Below, in pieces: positions 37,001 through 50,400 of a stretch of DNA of 64,000 nucleotides. The stretch spans positions 5,870,502 through 5,934,501 of the forward strand of contig NC_057751.1 in assembly GCF_004010195.1 (NCBI RefSeq), given 5' to 3'. Position 1 is the first letter of the stretch. The number at the start of each line of letters is the position of its first letter. The position numbers and the translations under genes are program-made. Under the pieces are notes generated by a model. That model was not told the origin of the DNA. It ran no database searches and saw only the letters and a program-made list of their open reading frames with translations. This DNA is from Chiloscyllium plagiosum (taxonomy: Eukaryota).

Positions 37001-38540
37001 AAATTTAAAATTCAAAACACAGCTAAAACAATAACTAGTGTATCATAAGTACAGTCTGTCTTGTTTTGTCTCTTCTTGGTGTTCTATCAAAATAATAAAA
37101 GTACACCTATGCAGCTGAATAATACAGTTTTTGGGCTAAATTCAAATTACATTCAGTGTTTTTGGAGGGAATCTTGCTATGAGATTTAGTGAGTTTTCTT
37201 GCAACATAAAGCCTTTTGCTTTTGAGAAGGGATACTTCACTGCAATTAAATAAGTTGCTTCTGAAATGATAACATGCTTTAATGCCAATTCATTAAATGG
37301 CTTTAAAAAACAACAGATTCATTTTTTTGCTGCATTATACTGATTAATTTTGTTTCAAATTTCTTTTTCTTTTGCGCGTCAGATAGAGAAATTTCAGATC
37401 AGTGCGTTCATTAATTCAGTACTAAAGTCATACAATGTGATGTCAACTCATTAAACTTTGCAGGTCACATTTTTGCCAAGAAAGTAGTTTTCCTAAAAGT
37501 GATTGTTGAAAGACATTGCTAACTGCTGCTTGCTCACATATTGAATACTCTCCGAGGTCATGGCGTAATCTAATTTGGTTTGAATGAAATACTTTCCACA
37601 TTGCTGCACATGGGAAAAGCTGCTCCACCTATTTGCATTTCAGAAGCAAATTGTTTTGCTAGCCCAGTCAATTATGGGTCATGGCACTATTTTTCACATT
37701 CTCATCTCACTTTGGTTTAAGCAAATGTTATGATAGGGCTGGTTCTTCTGGAGTTCATACTTTGCTGTTATAAGGAACATCCTTGTGCAGGAATTTGAGA
37801 TGTGTTGGCCTTGCACTTTTGCTTCCTGTTTGTCACACATCACAAAATGTATTTCCAGTTAAGGAAAATGCCTCAAAAGCTCTTATGGAAACAGAACAAA
37901 AGTGAAAATTTGTATCAAATTGAACTGAGAGCAATTGAGGTGATAAATCCTTGCTCTTTCAGATACAGACTCTTGTGCATTTCCAACATTTCTGATTTGT
38001 ATTTTCGATGTTCTGTGATTACAATTTTAAAAAAATTCCTATAAAGCACAGTGGCATATGAATTCTCTGAGTATTGAGTATTATAAAATCATTCTGTGAA
38101 AACTCCTTTGTCATCAGTATCTCCAGTGAAATGGTAAATGTGTTTTTTGTGACATTTGCCATGTGTCCATGTGCATTGCAAGCAGAGTAATTTGTCTCCA
38201 ATTACTGAATTGAGTTAGGTATGTGGACTGAAGTGTGATAGATTGGCAAGAGACTTAATGAACTGGAATGAAGTCAAGGGGCAATGATTATCATTGGAAG
38301 ATCAACTCTTGAAATTGGCTCATTTTCCAAAGTGGTTTTTGTTTTTCTGGGATATTCAAGAGCAAGAGCATAAATTTGAAGTTGAGCTTGCCAATTTTAA
38401 AACATTAACATAAAATAATTTGGATCCAGTGAAATATTTAATTTCTTTAAAATTAATATAAATCCCTTGAATGCATGGTGTTCATATAAAGTTCTGTGAT
38501 GTTGTTTACTCCACAGTATTCAAAGAGAAACTAAAGCATT

Positions 38541-38812
38541 TCATCGAATCCCGACAGTGTGGAAGTAGGCTATTTGACCCATCAAGTCCACGCTGACCCT
38601 CCAAAGAGCATCCCACCCAGACCCTCCTAATCCACATAACTCACATTTGCTGTGGTTAATCAATCTGGCTTGCTCATCTTTGGACTGTGTGAGAAGACCC
38701 ACACAGACACGGGCAGAGTGTGCAAACTCCACACAGTCACCCGAGGAGTGGAATTGAACCTGGTCCTTGGCACTGTAAGGTGGCATTGCTGACCACTGAG
38801 CCACCATGCCAA
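38541..38812 (-). mobile_element. HE1-type V-SINE
   Basis: Reverse-complement homology to 45109-45426. Confidence 0.88.
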
Positions 38813-40912
38813 CTACTCTGGTCAACATGTTGATGCATCTGTTAAAACAAGAAGGTTTTAGATGAAGGTGATGAGCATTCTTAAAAATTTGCATTTCCAC
38901 AATCTGATTTTAAGATCCAAAAGAGAATTTATCTTGGATTTTAAAATGTTGATCTTAAGCTGGAAGCCTGCTTTCCCTCATTCATGTCTCGTACCTGGAG
39001 TATGCAGTCTTGTTCTTGACTGGTGATGCCACAAATGGTATGTTAAATTTCAAGCCAATTAATGCAAAGCAGATCTCTCTGATCAGAGATAATAAAAAGG
39101 TACCAAAGGCTCCACATAACTGGATGCATTACAGCCATTAAAACACGAAAATAACAACACTTTATGCTCCATGGCAACATTTCTAAATCCATTGGTTTTG
39201 CAAGATAGTTATGTTACATTATGTTCATTCGCTGGAATTCTATTTCTGCTGTCATGCAGGAAACAGACAAGTGTTTCTTGCCTGTGATAAGTTTATGATT
39301 ACCCTAGAAGCCCTGATGACAGTGAGAATCAACTGTGCAGTTTGGAATGGGATCGCTGATCAAATTAGACAGGGCTGGTGGAAGCCTCCAATGGGGACAA
39401 GAATGAAGTGTGTGATATCTTGCGACGATACAACAGTCCATGACTTACCAGATAGTTTGAATTTGCTTCCACACCATGCTATTGAAGATTTGAACCCATA
39501 ACTTGAAGCTCTGCAAGTACGATCATCGTTATGCTACCAAGCCCAATGAACAGAGCATGTTGTAGACTATAAAACAGTGTCAGTTACAAATCTCTACATC
39601 AATTCAGTGATATCAGATTTATTTCCACTTTACATCAATGTTGTTGCACTTGATGAGCACTTCACATGAAAATTAGATGATATAGGTGCACATATTTTTG
39701 TTTGCAGTGAATGTACATGGCCCAGAGTCTGGGGTAGGAAGATGATTGTGTTGTCAGTGCACTGTTCAATTCGATTATGTTCAGAGAAGTTAGTGCTGCA
39801 CAAGAATGTAACCCAAAGTACCGTACTTCTCTTTGAAGAATTAACTGACCATGACTGTGCCTTGGCTGTTAATTATTAAACGCTTGACTGCTTTCCTGTT
39901 TGGATTTCCAATGATTCTCTTCATACAGCTTTTTTGGAAAATGAAACGTGAGTCAAGGAAAATAAATAGACATGATAAAAATAACACAGCATATATTTTT
40001 TGATGAAATTCTTTTAGTGTGCATTCTTGATGAAGACCAAATCTCTGAGTGACTCAGGACTATATTGTACTGCTTTCCATTGGCCCCTGGGAATTTGATG
40101 TTGTCCTAACCTCTCTGCCAATTTCCTCTCTTGCAGCACTGTGTTGTTTGTCTATTTTATCATGTCTACTTATTTCATTGTGCTGGAATACTCAAAAACG
40201 CACAAGTTACTGGCTACTGGCATTTATTACTCAAATGCAAACATAAAGTACAATGCCGTGAAACCTCTTGAAATGCTACATACTGTAAATGTACTATTCT
40301 ATGAGATCTCATATGAAATGGCGAACAGAAGAATGTTTCTGAGCAGATACACAGCATTATAATAAAGACAGGGGAAGTCGAGGTCACTGAGAAATACAAC
40401 ATGTCTATCTGTGACTTTTGTTTTCCTTATTCCAAAGAAGATGTAACCCAGAGTACTGTACAAATGTGTAGTGGATCAAAACTGAAATGAAAATTTGATG
40501 AAGGTATTTACTTTATTTTGTGACATCTTCTTGTGGTATACCACAACTTGCTGGTCTCTGCTAACGGTTGGCCAATGGCTATCTGGGTCAATGTGTTTTT
40601 TATGATTAAAGTGGTGGAAAGTGTATCAGGTGGCAGATGTGCCCATGGACCTATCTTAGCTCAAATCACGATGCTGCATGAAGCCAGTTCCCATTGCAAT
40701 TGGCCCTTTACAGCAAAAATATCAGGAACATTATCTGCAAAGTTTTTGACAGAAAAGCAGTTTTTGGTAAGAGTGTTGTCAATTTCACTGGGGCCAGTGA
40801 GACTCCTTAAAGAGAGAGTCATAGAGACGTACAGCACAGAAACAGACCCTTTGATCCAACTCGTCCATGCCGACCAGATATCCTAAACTAATCTGGTCCC
40901 ATTTGCTTGGCA

Positions 40913-41040
40913 AAAGTGAGGACTGCAGATGCTGGAAATCAGAATCTAGATTTGAGTGGTGCTGGAAAAGCACAGCAGGTCAGGCAGCATCTGAGGAGCA
41001 GGAAAATCGATGTTTCAGGCAAAAGCCCTTAATCAGGAAT
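40913..41040 (-). mobile_element. Short PLE terminal-repeat insert (family A)
   Basis: Homologous to 9227-9356; gtcc(c)atttgc duplicated on both sides; core CTGATTA (G8 mutated). Confidence 0.82.
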
Positions 41041-41322
41041 GAAGGTCCATTTGCCAGCAGTTGGCCCATCTCCCTCTAAGCCCTTCCAATTCATTTACCC
41101 ATCCAGGTGCCTTTTAAATGTTGGAACTGTACCAGCCTCCACCACTTCCTCTGGCAGCTTGCTGCACTTACGCTCCACCCTCTGCGTGAAAAGGTTGCCC
41201 CTTAGGTTCCTTTTATATTTTTCCCTTCTCACCCCAAACTTATGCCCTCTAGTTCTGGTTTGCCTCACCCCAAGGAAAAAGGCCTTGTCGACTTACCCTA
41301 TCGGTGTCCCTCATGATTTTAT

Positions 41323-41373
41323 TAACCCTGAGCGAGTTTTGAGAAGATTTGTAGCTCAGGTTGAGGTTCTGGT
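41323..41373 (-). mobile_element. 51-bp PLE 3' tip insert (family C) with 9-bp TSD
   Basis: tgattttat at 41314-41322 and 41374-41382; reverse complement agaacctcaacctgagctacaaatcttctcaaaact matches the end of 31966-32526. Confidence 0.8.
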
Positions 41374-42734
41374 TGATTTTATCAACCTTTATAAGTTCAC
41401 CCCTCAGTCAGGGATAACAGCCCCAGCCTATTCAGCCTCTCCCTGAAGCTCAAGTCCTCCAACCCTGGCAACATCCCTGTTATTCTTTTTTGAATCCTTT
41501 TAAGTTTCACAACATCCTTCCTATTGGAGGAAGACCAGAATTCATTCTCTGTCACGCACTCTGGAGGAGAAGAACCAATGCATCCAGCAATGGGCTGGAA
41601 GTCCCACGCTAAAAGATTCGGACATGCTCCATTGAAATCTGCTGAAATTATTTTAAGCATAAAAGCACCTTTAAAAATCATTGTGGACTAAATATGTCTA
41701 GATCTCAAAAAAAACTTATTTTTCTGAGAATTTACTAAGTTAAGTAAACTTTCTGTTTTCACGATATGACCAGATTGCTTTTTTTAAAACCAATTGTCAT
41801 TCAGTGTGGAGCTCCCAACCAGTTTCTGGCCACCAACCATGTGCACTGCAGCAAACCTCTTTTTTAGCATCTGTTTTTATTTCATGCAACATTCATAAAA
41901 GCTATTTGTCCAGTTCCATGGACGACATGTGGCAGGGAAATGAGGTAACTGGCACAATGGAAAGGCCCTCCCAATAATTAAATGTTGGTCTGTATGTAAT
42001 AAATTGAAAGCCTTTCGTGTTGAAAAGCATCAAAGTCTTCCAAGGTCAAGTCAATTTTGTCTTTCAAAAAAGTTTATCAAAAGAGGGAAATGATTTTATC
42101 AAACTTGGAACTACGTTAAGGCTATCTCTGAGGCTAATCTCAGGGGAGGAGGAAAGGGATTTACTCGCAAATCTTCTTAAGAGGGTTTCACTGTATTTCT
42201 GGCCAAAACCAGCTTTAAAATGAGCCCTAATTCTCATTTGGTAAGCTATTTAAAAGCTGTTTTCTTCAGTGTTCTCTCATACAGATGCTCTGGCCCAGAC
42301 TGGAGTTGAAACCTATCATTCTGGAATCAATTACACTGAACAGGGTCAGATGGGTATTGCTTACCCTTGGGCTATGAGTTCAATTCATAATGGATTAATT
42401 TTCAATATTAAATTATATGATCAAAAGATAAAAGAGACTTAAATAATGAGCCAGCTTCCATTTTCATATCTTTTTTTTCCAACAAGGTCAGTTTACTTTG
42501 GTTAATAATAGTTAAATTGAGCGATTTGGCTGTGCTGGCGATTGAAGCCAAATGTAAGACCATATAAGATGAGAGGTGAAATTAAGTGCTATAGTCCCGT
42601 CACTGAAACCGTTTTTTTTCTGTCTGTTGCTATTGTGATTCATTTCCTGTCCAAAAGAAAAACCCAACAAGATGGTGGAAAGAAAGACTGACTGTCACAT
42701 CGACTGCACCCCGTTACATCTCTGAGAAATCTCA

Positions 42735-42970
42735 CAAATATTGAGGACTGTGACTGTTATGTAGACAAACACAGCAACTATTGTGTTCACAGCAAGATCC
42801 CACAAAATAGCCAGAAGGTGTTGGTAACTCTGGGTTAATTTTTGACAATAATCGGCCAGAATAGTAGGAGAAGTCTAACGGGATCTTTAATGTCAAGTTG
42901 AACCATGCATGCTCCATCTGATTTTCATCCCCTAACACAGTGCAGTATTTCCTCGGTCATTGCTTTGCAG
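42735..42970 (-). mobile_element. Deu-domain SINE remnant (SacSINE1/AmnSINE1-like)
   Basis: acagcaagatcccacaaa...gggatctttaatgtc...acagtgcagtatttcctcggt, recognised by eye as a reverse Deu domain. Confidence 0.5.
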
Positions 42971-43752
42971 CCATTGTTGCCAATTATGCACACAACCCAC
43001 AACCTATTTTGCAGAGGTAAAAGCCTATCATCTGAACTCATCTGTAACAAAAGCCACGTGGAGAAATTGTGTTTGATACGGGAAATCTTCAAATTGTTTG
43101 CATTTTTCACAAAATAACTTCCTTTGTCAATTATTGCCAAAAATACATAAGAATGTACATGATAATATGACTTCATTGTATTTGGTCAGATTTTTCTTCT
43201 CTATGCATGACTAGAGTCAAAGGCTGGAATCTTGTACTGCTCCCAATAGTGGGAAATAAGGTGGGCAAGCTGGCTTAATTGTACAGGAGACCAAAAATCA
43301 GATGTTGGAGGGAAACAACAGTCCAGTATCAAGTTCTCACAAGTTTGATGACAGGCTCTTTTGAATACATGCATGTGTCACTCATGCTCATGAAAAGGCA
43401 ATCTCACCTGAGTTTAGTGCAGCTTTTCAATTCAATAACCTGTGGGGTGTAGTCCAGCGCTTGTAGATGGTGGACAAGCTTTGGGGAGTCAGGGGTGAGT
43501 GATATGTTGTGGTATGGAGAGAAGTGCACCATCACTTTCAGGGACTGGAGAATCTGATAGGCTGAGCCTTGGATTTGAACATAGGAAGTGAGGCAAATAA
43601 CACAAGTGGTCATGGACAAAATAGGCATTTGGATGCTCATGTATTTAAGCATGTGGGCAGGGATGGCACGTAGAAGACCATGATTGTAGGTTCCAGGGTA
43701 ACATGGGGAGGTTCAAGAAAGTGGGAGGAATGGTTAGTTGAATGACTCAGGC

Positions 43753-44112
43753 TTTTTAAAAAATTCATTCACAGGATGAACGCATCGCTGACTAGGCCAG
43801 CATATATTGCCAATTCCTAATTGCGTACGGGGCAGTTAAGAGTCAACGACATTGCTGAGGATCTGAAGTTGCATGTAGACCAGACCAGGTAAGTATAGCA
43901 GATTTCCTTCCCTCAAAGACATTAGTGAACTAGATGTGTTTTTTTTCCCAACAATCGACAATGATTCATGGTCATCATTAGTCTCTTAATTCCAGACTTT
44001 TATTGAATTTGAATTCCACCATCTGCTGTGATGGAATTTGAACATGAGTCTCCAGAACATCACCGAGGTCTCTAGATTAATAGTCCAATGATATTACCAG
44101 TGTGCTGTCATT
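43753..44112 (-). mobile_element. tRNA-derived SINE with LINE-derived 3' tail
   Basis: Minus-strand B-box-like gttcaaattcc; tail aatatatgctggcctagtcagcgatgc..gtgaatgaat shared with 63600-63660. Confidence 0.75.
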
Positions 44113-45108
44113 TCTACTTAAGAGTGATGGGCAGAGCATGTGGGTAATAGTGGAAAGGCAGAAGTGGAGGAACGGGTCTGAAATGCAGTATTCATGATTT
44201 GTTCAAGATTTTCTTGCAAACACTGTTGCTCTGAAACAGATCTTTCGAAGTGGGAGGAGGGTTGATTGGGTGAGGGTTCATAGTGTGCAAATTGGTTGAG
44301 TAAAGGGGCTCATGAGGAATTACATACATGGATGAGAACCATAGACAAATCAGCTCGATATTCATCCTCCTCAAATAGCACCATTTCCCAAATGACCCAT
44401 GCATCTCATTCACCCAAGATTCCTGCAGGGTCAGGAGATGGAGTAGAGGTTACAAGGAAGCATGGCTTCTGCAGATCAGGGAGGGAGGATGATGGTAACC
44501 TTCTAATCAATCATTGGAGACAGAAGTTGCATTTTACAGCAAAGGTCAATGTCAGAAGAGAGTGATGCAGGAAATGCTATGATAGAGTCACAGAGTCATG
44601 CAACATTGAAACAGACCCTTTGGTCCAATTCACCTGCACCAACCAGACATCCCAATCTGACCTAGTCCTATTTGCCAGCATTTGGCCCATACCCCCCAAA
44701 ACCCTTCCTGATCAGACATCCATCTGGATGCCTTTTAAATGTTGTAATTGTACCAGCCTCCACCACTTCCTTTGGCAGCTCATTCCATTCATGCTCCACC
44801 CTCTCTGTGAAAAAGTTGCTCTTAAGGTCCTTTTTAAATCTTTTCCCTCTCACCTTAAACCTCTGCTCTCAAGTTTTGGATTGCCTCACCCTCAGAAAAA
44901 GACTTTGGTTGTTCACCTTATCCATGCCCCCTCCTGATTTTATAAACCTCTGTAAGGTCATGTGTCAGTCTCTGACACTCCAGGGAAGAAAGCCCCAGCG
45001 TATTCAGCCTCTCACTAGAGCTCAAACTCTCCAGTACCGGCAACATCCTTGTAAATCTTTCCTGCTCCCCCTCAAGTTTAACAACATCTTTCCAACAGAA
45101 GGACAATA

Positions 45109-45426
45109 GTGGGCGGCACGGTAGCACAGTGGTTAGCACTGCTGCCTCACAGCGCCTGAGACCCGGGTTCAATTCCCGCCTCAGGCAACTGACTGTGTGG
45201 AGTTTGCACGTTCTCCCCGTGTCTGCGTGGGTTTCCTCTGGGTGCTCCGGTTTCCTCCCACAGTCCAAAGATGTGCAGGTCAGGTGAATTGGCCATGCTA
45301 AATTGCCCATAGTGTTAGGTAAGGAGTAAATGTAGGGGTATGGGTGGGTTGCGCTTCGGCGGGTTGGTGTGGACTTGTTGGGCCGAAGGGCCTGTTTCCA
45401 CTGTAATGTAATCTAATCTAATCTAA
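45109..45426 (+). mobile_element. HE1-type V-SINE, young full-length copy
   Basis: A box tagcacagtgg, B box ggttcaattcc, V domain, CpGs retained, (atcta)n tail. Confidence 0.95.
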
Positions 45427-45520
45427 TACTGATGAAGGGCTCATGCCCGAAATGTCATCTAACCTGCTCCTCAGATGCTGCCTGACCAGCTGTGCTTTTC
45501 CAGCACCCCACTTTTCAACT
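45427..45520 (+). mobile_element. Short PLE terminal-repeat insert (family A)
   Basis: Homologous to 16389-16480. Confidence 0.82.
45429..45456 (+). ncRNA. Minimal hammerhead ribozyme motif (family A)
   Basis: CTGATGA-a-gggc-tcat-gccc-GAAA-t-GTC; core intact, stem I poor. Confidence 0.55.
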
Positions 45521-45869
45521 TAGAATTCTATAAGTGGCCTAACTAATGTCCTGTACAGCTGCAACATGACTTCCCAACTCCTATACTCAATGTTCTGACA
45601 AATGATGGCAATGTTCTGACTGTCTTGGATTATGCTGAGGAATTACAAAATGAGTGTAACCAGGGTGAAGCTGGATGGTCACTGATAGCTGGTGAGGTTA
45701 TTGGTCAAAGGTCATGAAAGGGTGGTGGAGTGGGACTCAAGGGTGATGGATGGAGGATCCACAGCATTTGGATAGCTTTATAAGTCAACAGAGCTTTGAA
45801 TTTCTATGTCCGTGGGTCTTTTCAGGGCTCCAGTGGGGTATTTGTAGCGTCTTGCTGTTCATTTTAACA

Positions 45870-46265
45870 AATGTATCAAAAAGCTCATTAATGTCCTCTT
45901 CAGAAAAGCCAACAAATTTGTGAGACTTCCTTAAGATCCAGCCAATTGGAGCTGTGGGATTTGATAATATTGATAGATTTTTGCAGATACAAGGGGCAAT
46001 TAATTGTACCACTGAAAGGCCTCCAGGAGGGAGCCAGAAACCTTCATAAACTTTAAGGGATTTCATTCTATCAATGTGTAACTGGTCTACAATCACAAGA
46101 ACAGAATAGGAAGGGTTTAGAGGAATATGGACCTAGTGCTGGCAAATGCAGGATATCTGGTCAGCATGGACGAGTTGGACTGAAGGGTTTGCTATACATC
46201 TAAATGGCTCTATAACTCTAAATCCTTCAGGGAGATCTCATGATTCTTACATGCTAAATCTCAGA
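45870..46265 (+). pseudogene. Harbinger (HARBI1-like) transposase fragment, split by a CR1 tail at about 46105-46220
   Basis: CIKKLINVLFRKANKFV; AVGFDNIDRFLQIQGAINCT; FINFKGFHSINV*LVYNH; GRSHDSYML. Confidence 0.8.
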
Positions 46266-47142
46266 TCTCAAACAACTGTTTGCTCCCAATCGGCAGGTGA
46301 AGACAAGAGATGTAATGTACCCATGTGTCAGCAAAAGCAATTAAAGAGCAGAGTCATATGATACCTTTCTGTGTCTTTTTGCTGGCCTTCACATCTGCCA
46401 GCCTGTGTAAAGTGCTGATTAAATTCAGCCTTTTACATCAGTTCACAGATAAGTTAAATCTATAAGAGTAAGGTTGGGAAAGATGTGTGGTGCTTACCGT
46501 TCTATGCTACTGAATGGCATCTTAAGAAGATGAGGGAAGAAACTTTGAGGGGAAAAATGAGTGAAATGTGCAAATGCAACATCTTTTTGTTTCTGTCAAC
46601 ATTGTAAACAACAAAGGAGCCTTCTGAAAAATGAAACTGATCCCTGGATCATGTATTCTCAGATTCAGTGAGGTGGATTAGACTTTGTGGCCTTGTTCAT
46701 AGAGTACTGCTTCTTTCAAGTCTCGTTGCATTGTCACTGGTGTCAGGAAGAAAAAGGCTGTAGTTTTCTAAAAAGCCTTGCCCTGTCATGAAGGCACAAT
46801 CCTTTGATTTTTTTTTGATGAAGTTGAGAGCTGCGAGTGGCAAAGTGGGGAGTAGTTCAAGAGGTATAACAGCTGACACATACGCTGCTTAAAACTCTGT
46901 TGCTCTAGCATTTTAGTCAGTGTACAAAGATCTTAACCATACAATGTGAGACAGTTGCTCATGGCTGGAAAGTGCATTCTAATTGGCAAGGATAATTGTG
47001 TTGTAAATGATTACCCAAACTTTTAGGGGTCTAAGTTTTCTTGCCCTTGCTTGGGGTCTCAATCTAAGCAATTTTTCCTGAATTTCTGACAAAACTCTTT
47101 CATCATGATGGTGGCGCTGAGCGAAGGGGGCTCCCAGGGAGA

Positions 47143-47473
47143 ATCATAGAATTCCTACAGTGTGGAAACAGGCCATTTGGCCCAATAAGTCATACCGACC
47201 CTCTGAAGAGTAACCTGCTGAGACCCATTCCTCTACTATCTACATTTCCCCAAACGAATGCACCTAGATGACACATTCCTGAACAATTTAGCATGGCCAA
47301 TTCACCCAACCTGTACATCTTTGGACTGTGGGAGAAAACCAGAGCACCCGGAGGAAACCCATGCAGATACGGGGAGAATGTGCAAACTTCACACAGACAG
47401 TCGCCTGAGGCTAGAATCAAACCCGGGTCCCTGACACTGTGAGGCAGCAGTGCAAACTGCTGAGCCACCATGT
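47143..47473 (-). mobile_element. HE1-type V-SINE
   Basis: Reverse-complement homology to 45109-45426. Confidence 0.92.
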
Positions 47474-50400
47474 TATCTTCAGACAGTTGAGGGATTGACA
47501 TGAAGAGGAGTGTGGGATCAGTCCATGGATATTTGAGGGAATGGTTTGGACAGAGTGGGTGAAGTAGTCAGGTGGTGTGTGGAAATGGTCTAGTGACAGA
47601 ATTGAAGTCCTGGTCAGGGAGGCATGAAGGACCAGGCTAGGCAAAGAGTATGGGAGCAAGTATGGGAAGATGCAGGAGAGGGATATCGGAGTTGTTCATG
47701 GATGTTTGAGGGACTGGGCTGAAGAAAAATTGAAACATTGTCTTGTTAAGAGCACTTGGAAATATTTTGAGGTGTTGTGATAGACTTACCTTTTCTGTGG
47801 TGTTCTCTTTCTCTCATGGAGTTGTGTGGAACCACTCTGTGGCCTCTTCATGGTGCTTCCTTTGTTTCAAGAGCTCCACCTGTTGAGGAGGGGGTGGGTT
47901 CGGTGACTATAGCAAGAACAACCTATCTCTCTGGAGAACGGGTGCTGCAGTATATTGGAGAAACTCCTTTCCCTCATATTCTTTCGAAGTTCAAGCTGGT
48001 GAAGGAAATTTAGGTCTGATATTGGGAAATGCGACTCAATAGAGCGATTAACACATAGAATGAACTTCTAGGCAGTGTATTTCAGGGAAAAACATTTTAC
48101 TCTTTCAACAAACAGTAGGATGGTGTGACATGGGCTTTTTTTTAAGGCTGGATGTCTGTCCTATGCCACCTATGTTGATCCCCTGATTTGTTCTTTTGCC
48201 AAATATATCTAAGGATTAAAGATGAAAAATAAATGTCTCTGGAGAATAGATATATTACGTTTGGTGTAGTTTTTGGAATTTATTGAATGTAGAATCTGTT
48301 TTTCCCACTTCCTTTTGTGTCAATTGTCCAGTCAAAGTAATTTATAAATCAAAGGTCTTTGATTAGTCCAGAGATGAGAAGGGCAGGGGAGTGTATGTTT
48401 AAAGCTCCTGTAAACTGATTTAACTTTAAACCATTGACTCTTTATCCTTCATGGCTACAGTCTGGGACACATGCATAAATAAATCCTCTCAACTAATCCA
48501 ACCCATTCATGCAACTTCATGTGAGGTATTTTTCAAAGCCAAAGGAATTTGAGTTTTGCACACTCTGCTCATCAGGTAATTTTGGAATAATGTCAATATT
48601 GTGGCTGCTCTGGGAAGATCAAACCCTGTCTTAAAAGCAAAGCAGTGACTCCATTGACTGAGATAAGCTTCAGTTACCTGAAAGGCCCCCGATGTTTTAT
48701 TTATCTGACGCATAGCATCGATGCAATCATCGTGGAATGATAGTGAGTGAATCTTTTACCTTCTGGTCAGGATGACTGAAGAGCCACCTACAGCATACAT
48801 CATTCTGTCACCCAGAAATACATTCAATGGTGTATTTATAAATGATTAATGATATCACATTCTTTGATTTGTGACAAGTGAGCGCCTTGATGATATGTCT
48901 TGTGAATCCCAGTGGCCAAATATGTGAGATAGCCAGTCGAAAGCTCCCTGTCTGTTGTTTGAACTGAGCTCTGAATCTATTTATTTCAAATTGGTTTGTA
49001 ATTAAAGTGGAGGACAAAATATGCTCCTTATGAACAAGTTAAGAGCTTGATTGCTAATGTTCACATCGCTCTATATGAGAAGGCTCTGTTGCTCAACACA
49101 CTTGAGATTTCACCAACAATTTGGGTTTTAATAATTAACTGTCGTTTCACATTGTATTCACATGCACGTGGATGAAACATGTTACTTACAGAGATACAAC
49201 TACTTGGAAAGAAATTTCTGCCCTCCTTCGCTAAAGTTATTTCAACACAAATTTTGTTCCCTTGAAATCCAAGAATAGTCATCTTATTCACATCATGGAG
49301 TGTTGCTGAAAGCCACAATTCTTTGATTCAGTTTGGACAGTGACACAGCTACTTTATAGGCATTTGTTTAAGACAAATGGCTGTGCCATAGGGTATTGCT
49401 CCTGGATTATTTGGAGTCAGGATGCATATTTGAGTTGAAACTTCTCGCCTGCTCAAGTACTTCTCAACTAATCAACTAATTCGAGGGGAATATCTCAAAG
49501 AGGTAATCTGAGTGAGTGACACAGTTTGTAAGCTCCTGAAATCAGTCAGGAAGAATTACAACCACTTGTAAATTGTAGGCTGAAAATTAGAGGGATCTGT
49601 CATGGACTAAGACTTCATTTTAATGTCGAGAGACAAAGATTGCTTTGTGGCTGTGATATGGGGAGTGTAACTATATTGCAAGAAATGCTGAACTTCAGTG
49701 TATGTTTATCAGATAGGTTTTGCTGCATTCCATTCTATTATCTGTAGGTTGTGTATGCCACTTCAGAACCCTCGACCTAATATTTGCTCTGTTTCAACAA
49801 CTGAACTGATAAAATTGTGCTCAAGTTGCGCAGTTTGTACTGAGGAAGTACAGAGAGTCATAGAGCCAGACCTGTCACTATCTGACATCTAATTATCAAT
49901 TCAGATTCTTTTCTTTGAGCACAATAGTCCAGCACCACCTAGAAACTGATCTGCTTGGCGAAACACAGAGGTACATTGTGAAGTCAAGTGGCCATTGTTG
50001 AAGAGGCTTCTGTTGGTTATTAACTGTACTGAAGATAGGAGAGTTAAAGAATAATTGAAGATTCAGCAAAGATTTTTCAAGGTTGTGAATGTAACCAGCA
50101 AGAGTTGACTTCTCCCTTGCTGTCAAGAGGCATTTTTCTCTTGCCCATTCAATTTCAGGGGAGTGATCCTCTAGCACAGCTCTATGTCAGAGCAGTAGGT
50201 TTGGCTGTAAGTTGTCTGCTTGCATCTAATTTATTTGAAGGTGACTGAATCATTGACTTACTTGCAATGCTAAGCTTGTTAACACAGTGGGGTGGCTCCA
50301 AGAGGGGGAGATCGGTAACTGGTCGGTCTGCTGCATCTCAGAGTCTGAGCAACAAGATGTTCTGAGCAAGTGTGAACTGGCTGGACAGTGGTGTTAAGTA

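Larger units (their letters stand above)
40813..41542 (-). mobile_element. CR1 LINE 3' end carrying two PLE inserts
   Basis: RKDVVKLKRIQKRITGMLPGLEDLSFRERLNRLGL; interrupted at 40913-41040 and 41323-41373. Confidence 0.9.
44583..45600 (-). mobile_element. CR1 LINE 3' end interrupted by SINE and PLE inserts
   Basis: RGKRFKKDLKSNFFTERVEHEWNELPKEVVEAG; KDVVKLEGEQERFTRMLP; resumes at about 45521. Confidence 0.9.

Noticed and set aside
39449..39566. Minus-strand exon candidate (ttttatag ... TG|gtaagt)
   Set aside because: Stops in all three frames and no recognisable homology.
40137..40362. Plus-strand terminal exon candidate after ttcctctcttgcag
   Set aside because: No recognisable protein similarity and no upstream partner exon; AT-rich chance ORF.
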